DNA of 50,171 nt from Candidatus Omnitrophota bacterium. Lineage in GTDB: Bacteria > Omnitrophota > Omnitrophia > Omnitrophales > JAQTRP01. The notes under the pieces are model-generated. The model was given only the letters and a program-made list of their open reading frames with translations, had not been told where the DNA came from and made no database searches. A program made the translations under genes and the position numbers. The stretch lies in contig JAQTRP010000001.1 of assembly GCA_028711765.1 (NCBI GenBank), positions 1-50,171 on the forward strand. Reading direction: 5' to 3'. Positions 26,837-36,100 of the stretch are shown piece after piece (position 1 is the stretch's first letter; every line of letters begins with the position of its first letter).

Positions 26837-27029
26837 TTCGGTCCTCCCTTAATTCCAGAGCCGCGTCATCGCGAGCGAAGCAATCCAAAATGGATAGGCG
26901 GGACATTTCCTGCCTCACCGGCAGGCAGGTTGTCCCGCGACTCTGCGGAGTCAGGAGACTCCGCCTATTCACGCGGACGGTGAAATAGTATAGCAGGAAA
27001 GTAGTGGAATGAGAAGAGGATTTGAAAAG

Positions 27030-27137
27030 CAGTGGTCAATCGCCAGTTGTCAGTCATCAGTAAAAGATTAAGCGGTAAGAAGTAAGGAAAAGCGCAACCG
27101 GCTAACCGGCTCACTGGCTTACCGGCTAACCAATTAA
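27030..27137. repeat. Degenerate heptamer array followed by an octamer array at the 3' end of the giant ORF
   Basis: Plus strand 27030..27085: CAGTGGT CAATCGC CAGTTGT CAGTCAT CAGTAAA AGATTAA GCGGTAA GAAGTAA. Plus strand 27098..27137: CCGGCTAA CCGGCTCA CTGGCTTA CCGGCTAA CCAATTAA. The last unit contains the TAA stop (27136..27134). Confidence 0.85.
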
Positions 27138-30100
27138 GCCGCGCGCGCTATGGCCGCCGCGCTGTCGCGTATGGCCTCGAGGCGGTCAAGATCTACTTCT
27201 ACGATGTAACAATTATTCTCAACTCGTATCGACTTTACAATATCGGGAAACTTGCCGAGAACGGCCTCGGCATCAAAAGCGACTCTAAGCAAAAGCGCAA
27301 AGAAAGGATTCACGGAAGCCCTTGTTTGCTTTGCCATATCAAAACTGAAAAACAAGGTAAGTTTGTCTTTGGCCCTTCGAGCCACGATCTCGGTCAATTT
27401 TTTGGCATCCTCAGTTTCAAGTGACTTCATAACAAAGACCGCGTTATTTATACCTTTGGCTTCCTCGAGCCATTTCGCGATGTCCCTCTTGGTTGCAACG
27501 TCAACTCTCCTAATTATGCGCAAGTTCTTCCCCAGAACAAACCCGGATTTAACTTCTCTCAGCCACACCGGAATATTGCTTACATCGTCGCTATCGCCGG
27601 AAATCACAAGCCTGCTGTCCTGGCCTAGCTTCAAGGCCAAGGCCTGTATCAACTGCTTCTGCGCAACCTTATCAAGACCTGTCGTAATAGAATTGAAATC
27701 AATAAAGAAAAATGCCGGCGTGCCGGATGGTTTTAATTGATCAAGCGGTACATCAAGAAGGTTGACCGACAGACCCAACGCCTCAGATAGATCGCCGGGC
27801 TCCATGCCGTACGCTTCCATCCACGCGGCGGGCCTTACCATCTTTTCCGGCGTGCCGCTCGCGTAAATAAGCGAGGCGTCGGTGAGTATTTTAGCGGCAG
27901 ATTGTATAAACGCACCCGTTTTGTCGGGTACTATTTTCTGCCCCTCCGGCGCTATCGCATTGTAATCCGCGACCAACCCTTCAATTTCTCTTACCGTTTC
28001 CTCATTAATGCCTGCTTCTAATATGCGGCATAGTAAAGCGCGGCTGTCACTATATTCCAAAGTTTTCTTTCTAATCCATCCCCGGACAAGGCTCTCAACT
28101 CTATCGTGTTTGAGACTTTCCCAATTTGCCAAAACGCTAACGACATCAGCCGCCGCCGGCTCTTTGATTCCTATATCAGCTCCCGGCAAAACTTCTTTTA
28201 GCATGTAATAAGCGATAACATCCGCCGCCGTCTTTTCCATCCCGAGCGACCGCCCCGCTGGGCTAAGGATTCCGGGCTTCGACGAACTAGTCAGTTTCGT
28301 CAAGTCAATAGTGATTGTAATATTTCCGTCAGGACCTTCACCAGCTCCCAGCATATAATCCACGTTGGGTCTTGCGCCATAAATTTGTCCGAGGTATTTT
28401 TGATAAAAGCCAAAGGCGTCCTGATAGGCGGAAATCGTGGCCTTCGTCATTCCGTATTCCTTTAATTCCCCGAAAAACACACCCATAAGGAATGAACCCA
28501 ACCCTCCGTCTCTTGCATCTTTCTTTACAAAAAGCCATTTAAGGTTACCTGTATTGTTCCTGCGGTCGATTTCGATCAAACAGCAGCCCTGTGTTTCTCC
28601 TTGAGAATCAACATATACGAAGAGTTCGTCAAAAAATTTAAGCTCAGGATTACTTGGGTCCTCGCGGCTAAACGAATTCACCGATTCAAGAGCAGAATCT
28701 TCGATGGCAAGGCCTTGAAGAAGCTTTTTGGCCTCGGCATATCCTACGCCTGCTTTTTCCGCGGCATCCAAAAACTGCCGGAAATTTAATGCCGCACCTT
28801 TATCCTCGTGAGCATATTTTGTCCCTTGACGCACTGCCTCTTGCAGCTCGGTTTTAAACCCCAGCGAGGCGCCGGGCGTGATTTGCGCAGCGTTTCTTTC
28901 ATCGATAAAAGCTTTATACGTTTTCAGCTTGGCAAGTAACTCTTTTTCTTTCGAATCTGTGATTAATCCCTGAACGCCGGCCTGCTTGATCGCAGCCTCA
29001 TAGAAGCTTCTTGTTGCTTCGTTCGGAACTAAGTACGCTTCATGAAAAGATGCGGGTATGTCTTTCCCAAAGAAGTCCTCAAGTTTACCATCTTCGCTGT
29101 TACGCCTTAAAACAACATATAGCGGCCCAAATGGCCCTGCTGAGGTAGGCGTTTGTGTTGTTCCCTTATTTAAAGTACTGTAATCTACCACACCGCTCTT
29201 GCCCGTTTTTATACGGCCGTCAAGCATTATAGACAATAAATTAACAACGCCGCCTTTCTCAAGGCTTACACCATGCGCCAAAATACCCTCCCTGTCTCCC
29301 AGCCTAAGCAGATTTTCTTCTGGGCCACCCTCGCGTAAGTCGGGCAACAACTCAACTTTGCTAAAATCCACCTTGTAAACTGTTCCGTCAATCACTTGAA
29401 GAACATTACCAACCATACCTGCCCTCGAAGGTTCATGTTCTTTAAACCATTCAAAAAGATCGCTTTTTTGCTCCGGGCTAAGCGTTGCTATCTGTGAGAC
29501 AAATTCACCATTTCTCCTAAGCGCGCCTAAATTACGCGCAAACAATTCGGCAAGATCAAAGTCGAGCTTTTCCATAAACCCATCTTTTACAAATTTCTCC
29601 CCCAGAGCGCGGCCTTCCAACACAGCCTTGGCTTGAAGTTCTTTTGCGGCGCGCTCTTCGGTTTCCCTAAGCCTTCTAACGGCTTCACTATAGGCCGCCT
29701 CGTCAAACCTAAGCGGTTTCTGTACCGCATTTAATAAATCGGCAAGGTCTTCTCCTGATGGTTCATCGGCTACCGTCAAGTAAGCGCCATTTTCGGTCAA
29801 TTCGGCTTTTGCGTCATCCGCCAGATCCTCCAGGCGCAACAATCTTTCCACTAAAACATCCCTTTGCAAAACTAAATTCCGGCCCATATTACCTGCCGCG
29901 GGTTTTTCGCCTTGCAAATATTCTATTTGGTCATTAAGACCGCTGAGTTGGTTTTTGATTTTCTGCGTCTCTATTTCAGCGGTATCGAGTAAAGCTTCCA
30001 GGTGGATTTCGGCAGCCTCTTCCGTTTTCAGCGAAGGAACCTCTTGCACGCTATATCTCACAGCCTCGCCGGGCTTTGGTTCTATTCCTTCCGCAAATCT

Positions 30101-33100
30101 TTTTTGATTAGCAACAATTTCTTCTTGCTCCTTCACCTCTTTTCTAATATTAATCAATTCCGAAAGCTGGCGAGATATGTCATTCTTAAGACTGCCCGTA
30201 AGAACTATAGCGCGCGCCATCATTCTGGAGTAAGGATCCGACACCTTCGCGTCGTAACTCAACATCGGAACCTCGCCAATCAAGGCATTCGCCAAAACAA
30301 TGTGTTCAGCAACCCTGCCGAGCAATCGGGCCTCTCTCTTATTTATAAGATTATCTCCCGATGCAGCATTGTAAGACGCGACCCATGACTGCATAAACAT
30401 ATAAGCAAGCCTCGCGCAAGCTTCAACGTCGCCGCTATTTATAAGATTCCACTCGCTCTCGCTTACAACAATAGTTTCATAACCTTTCGCCGGATCTATA
30501 AATCTGACCGGCCCCTTAATGCCGGGTGTGGTTTTATCCGGGACAGTAAATAATTCCGGATACCGATAGCGCCTGACGGCGTCTTTCCCGAGTCTCGGCC
30601 CTACTGCTTCTTCCGCCGCATTTTTCACGACTGGCGGCGGCCCTTCAATCCAACGGCCTCCAAGTTTCGCGAGGGCGATTATTCCCTGCGCTAAATCTCT
30701 ATCAACGTCTCCCTCCCAGCTATAATTGCCCTCGAACTCCTCCCCCAGCGAGGCGCCGGCAGGAGCAGCAGGTATACCAGCCGCTTCCGCGGCTTTGGCC
30801 AATATACTGTCGGGCATAATAATATTGGGCAAAGGTGTAGCAGCAATTGTTATCGGCTCACCAACGGAAGCTTTCTTAATAAGTTCCTTGTGCATCTTGC
30901 CGGCCGGCCCAACCCATATCCACTTTGACCAAGTCCCGTCTTTCAAATTGATAAGCTCTATGCCAATAAATTCCCCTAATACTTGCACGTTTTTGTAATA
31001 GATATCCTTAAAATCATCGGTTCCTATATTAATAAGCCCGCAAAACTCGCCCCGATTTCTATCAGAGCTTATGATTTCGAAGGCCTTCTCGACAAGTTTC
31101 TGACCGTCAACGTTCGCCTTAAGGTTCCCAAGAACGTCCGGCCCGGCCTTTCCTGTTCTTGCGAGATAATTGCGGTATTCCTCAAGAATCTGACGCGTGG
31201 CCCTAAAAGCAAGAGATTCATCCAAAAGCGGCGGCATACCAGGGCTTTTGATGTTGTTTACAACATGAACCAACTCGTGATAGATCTTTTGCGCTATCCA
31301 ATAAACCTTATCCGCTCTTGAACCTTCTTCTTTCTCAAAAGCGTCTAATCCTACAACAACAAGTTTGACACCCCGGGGCACCATGGCAAAACTGTTGTCG
31401 TCTAACCCCCTCACGAAAAGTACGCTTGCGCCGTCCGCCTCATCTCCAAGATTGAATTTCTTCTTTAGTAAGTTGTGAGCGTCCCGGACCATTCCTCTGA
31501 ATTCAGGGTTATTTGAAACTCCTACTGACCTTTCCACCATCTCCCTTGTGATATTCGGCACTTTGTATCCGGTAATATTCATCAGGAAATCAATCGGATA
31601 TATACGTGTATCTATGGAAGGAGGTAACCTTTCACTAGAAAATGCGCTGCCATTTTCTAACCGCTCATCCATAATCCTGTCCTCGAGCAGCTTTTTAAGA
31701 TCAGGGTCTTTCACTTTTCTGCGGGCGCCTTCGAGAGCGGCTATTATTTGCCGGCTGGTTCCTTTGGGAACGAGAACTGAATATTCTCCGGTTGGGCCTC
31801 TTATAATTCTAATAGACCCGGTTTGTTCTTGAGCAACGCTCTGCCCCCCAACGCCCAAGACGAAAGCCGTTCCTAATGCACCTAAGCTAACAAAAAATTG
31901 CCTCCTGTTAAAACCTTTACCAGCCTCAGCCTGTGCGGTCCCCAGCGAGGCGCCCTCCCCGCCAATGGGCACGGTTTTCTGCAGCCAGCCCCGTACAAGA
32001 TTTATCTGATCTTGTTTAAGGTTCGTATTCTCATTTTCAAGAGCATCATTTAAAAATTCCGATAGTTTGCTATCATCAGGAAAGGCCGAACGAAAAGCCT
32101 TACCGATACCATCCAGAATTTGCCTTCTGCTTCTCTTAAGGTCATTCCTGTCTTCATAGTAAAGAAACAGCCTGGACAACAAGAAGTCTTTGCTTCTCTG
32201 ACGCGATCCTCTAAGTAATCCCAAATCGACAACAACAAGATCGGGATTTTCGGGGTCTCTCTGTTTTCCACGAAACATAATGTTGTTAGGATGAACATCG
32301 TTAAAGTATTCTTCCCTCCCCTTGGCTTTACTGTTCTGTATTCCGAGTTGAATGTAGGTTGAAACTACCGTTTCTCTTTCTTTGGGACTTAACGGTTGAA
32401 TTTTAACGGCATCTTTTACCGTTAACCCGTCAATCCACTCTTCTACATAGCTGTTCCTGTAAGGCGAACCGAATCGTGGTATAAATTTAGTCCACTGTAA
32501 AACTTGCAGTGATGCTATTTCATTATCTTCAATCGCGCCTTCCTTGAAAGCGAACAAAAGCTTAAGCTCTCCATCCGGACTTAACGCTTTCTCATAGATC
32601 TTCCTGTATTGATCTTTTATCCTTAGCCGAATTTTAAATACGTGTTTCTCGGTTGACGAAATAAAATACTTCATCTCAACTTTCTCAAGGTGCTCAGGTA
32701 AGGCGCCCGAAATGCCGTACACATTCTCTAAATTTCTGCTAAACTTAAATGCGTCCCCAAATAAATCTTGCACTTTATCAATAATTTCTTCCTTACGGCC
32801 TCCAACGTAACTATCCCCTGCCTCATTAACCCACGCGTCTTCTTCCAAACTCAAAGGTAACTCAACCGCCCCCAGCGAGCGGCCGGAGAGAGCAGTGGTG
32901 ATTCTAATCAAATCTTCTCGTGTTGCGCCTATGTTGCTACTCTGTAACTGACTGAGCAGTTCTTTTTTAACGGCCCCTGCTAATGCCGGAGAATATTCCA
33001 TGCCTTTTGCTTCTGCCTCTCTCATAACGTAATTTTCCACAACGTCCGGCTGCTCAAATATATAAACCATAACCTGAGCAGTTGACATACCTTGTATCCC

Positions 33101-36100
33101 GATAAAGTTCCCCATAGGCAAAAGCTGGGGCGTATTTTCCTTGCTGCCGAAAACCTTTGCCGCAGCCTCCTCAATTGCCCCCGAATCCTGGGGCACTATC
33201 TTCATCGCCTTTATCGACCCAAACATTGCCACCGCTGTTTCGGTCGCAAAAGGCTTTTTATCCACTGCTATTTTTACTGCAGTCGTTTCGGACGGGATAA
33301 TGGTAACTTTAGTGGGTAATTCAGGGCTGGTGGGCGTAGCGGTAACCCCAGCCCCTTTCGGCTCAACGCCGATCTCTATCCATCGAAAACCCGCTTTGAA
33401 CCGATCAAAAACAAACGTGCTAATAACGGTAGCGACGGTATCTTTTTCGCGGGAGGATCTCTCAATCTTAAAGCGCGGCCTGCCTTCTTCATCGGAATCG
33501 TAATATAAAAGTACCGAATACGCGGTGCTTGCCTCAAAATCCGCTTTTGTCTTTCCCACGGCTCCCAAAATACATTCCTCGATAAAATCGCTAAAACCTT
33601 CCGCGCCGACATAGCTCTTATACTTTTGATTAACGAGCCGTTCAACCTCTTGCCGAATTCCTTCATCTGAATCTATCGCGTAAAAAATAATCGGATTTTC
33701 CTCCAGCGGCACTTTCATAAAATCTTCCTCGCCTTTCTCCTTATCTCTAAGTATACTTTTCAGTGCCGAGACCTTTGCTTTGAGTTCTTTTATCTTGTCT
33801 TCATATTCCTTTTCTTTTCCTGAAATATCTCCGACGTTATTATCCAGAATAAATTGAAGTGTATCTATTTCCCTTTCGCTTCCGGTTATCAGATTCATCA
33901 GAACTTCATCCGGCTCATGCGTAAGCGTGGCGGGAGCAGATGCCGGAGACGTAACACCGGAAGGCGCTAACGACACATCCGTCTCAGCGGTTAGCTTTTT
34001 TCCAGTCGCTGAAGGAAGCGGCAAACCGCGAAGGCCTTCCATATCCAAATGCCCTTCCAAATCTTCTTTGGAAATGCCATGTCTCCGGGCTGCTTTACTA
34101 ATAGCCTCCTCTAAATAATTTTTTGATACGGGACCGCCGGTCCTGGTTTTCTCGGCTATCGCATCTTTAAGGGCTTCCGCGGCTTTCTCCACTTTCGCCC
34201 CCAGTGAAGCACCCTTGATCGCTTCCATATCCTTATTCGTCATAGCCCGGCGGGTCCTTGCTTTTTTCGCTTCCAATTCCTTTATAACCGCCTCGGCAGC
34301 TTCTTTCATTCCCAGCGACCGGCCTGCCGGTGCAGCCGAGGCGAGGTTTGCAACAAGTGCGGTAAGGAGCGGCAGGTCTTCATCGCGAAGCCCCCTATCT
34401 TTCAGGGTTTCCCTTATGACTTTCTCAACGTTGCTGTACATCTCTTGGTCTGCCGGGCTCATCTTGTCGTACGCCACTTTAGATACAGCGCTTAAATTGA
34501 CTCCCTTCATTTGGCCTACCTTGTCGACAAGCCCTTTTATATCTTCTTCCCCAAGACCCAACTGGCCCAATCGCTCCCTCGCGACAACTGTTGTGCCTTC
34601 GAGAAGCGCTGTTCTTCCCGCCGGAGCTTGGGCAATTGCCGCTTTGACTAAATTCCTGAAACCATCTTCCGTAATTCCCTTCTCTGAAAGCGCCCCCGAG
34701 AGATAACCCCACACCTCGGGCCACGTTCTAATCAATTCTTCCAAAGCCTTGCGGAATTTTTCATCTTCTCCGGCCCGCTTATTTAAAAATTCAATTATGC
34801 CCATCCCTAAGTTCTGCTTAGCGGCGTCATTTAACTGGCCCAAAATGTATTCGGCCGGATCACCGCTCGTAAGCAAGGCATCGTCGGCGAAGAGAATCAT
34901 CATAGCCTTTATAAATTCCTCGTGTCCTTTCTCGCCGACTGCCGCAAGCACGGGAACGGCTATCGTGTAACGCGAAAGTTCGCGGTCGATAATGTCGAAA
35001 AGGTCGTCCACGTAACGGGTGTAGCGGCCCGCCTCGGCAATCTTGCCCTGCTTCATAGCCTCATCGATAATGCGGACCCGCCATGTAACGAGGCTGTTGT
35101 GGAGATGGGCGTAGTCGGAGCGCGGCGCGCGCCGTGCGAACTCGGCTTCGAGTTTGTCGGCGTTCAGTGTATATTCCCCGCGCATAACGCGGAGATAGCT
35201 TGAGTCGTCAAAGTTCGAGAAAGAGGGAGAGACGATGATGTATGAGATATTGTTCTCTCTGAAATGGCGGGTTATGCCCTGCTTGTGGAATCCTCCCGTT
35301 ACCAGAATGGCGGCCTTGGCCTTTTCGGAGCTTACTAAGTCCTCGAAATTATTATAAATTACTTCTTCGCGCTTGATTGCCAACTCATAGAAACGCTCCG
35401 CCCACTTGAGGTCGAGTTTAAATTGTGTCTTCTCGCCGAACTTCGAGAGGAAATCATTGAAAACTTTGATATCGTAAAGGCCGCGGGACTTTTCGTATTC
35501 CGCGAAATCATCCCTTGCAAGCTCAAGCTTGGCGATATTCTCAAGAACTGAGAGCCTCTCGTATAAAGAATCGAGGGTTTTATCGTCTTCGCCCTTAAAC
35601 ATAGAGGACTTGATTTCTTTGGAGACGGACTTTATCTCGCTAAAAAGCTCGGTGCCTTGCATTTCGCGGATATCGAGCGGAAAGTCGAAGACGTCTTTCA
35701 TTTCGCTCTGGGGGCCTTCTTCAAGACCGAGCTTTCTGAGAACCTCAAAAAGCTCTCTCGCATAGGAAAACCTTGAGGCGCGGCCGATTTGGTAGGACTG
35801 TTTTATCCTTGCAAGCTCGCGCTGTTTTTCCTTGTGGGTCCTGTCCTTAGCGAAAAATTGCGAGAGGGCCGCCTCGGCTTTATCGATAAACTGTCTGAAG
35901 CGCTTAGAATCGCTCCCATCGGCCTTTTCTTCGGCGTTCACATTCTGGATAAGAGAAGCAAGCTTGGGATACCTAGCAAGGAAGAGTTTTTTCTCAACCG
36001 ACTTATCTCTTATGACGCAGATCAGATCTATAAGCGAAATTTTGCCTTCCTTATAGTTACTAAGAGCGGCGTCGAATTGTTTCAACTCTCCGGAGTAAAT

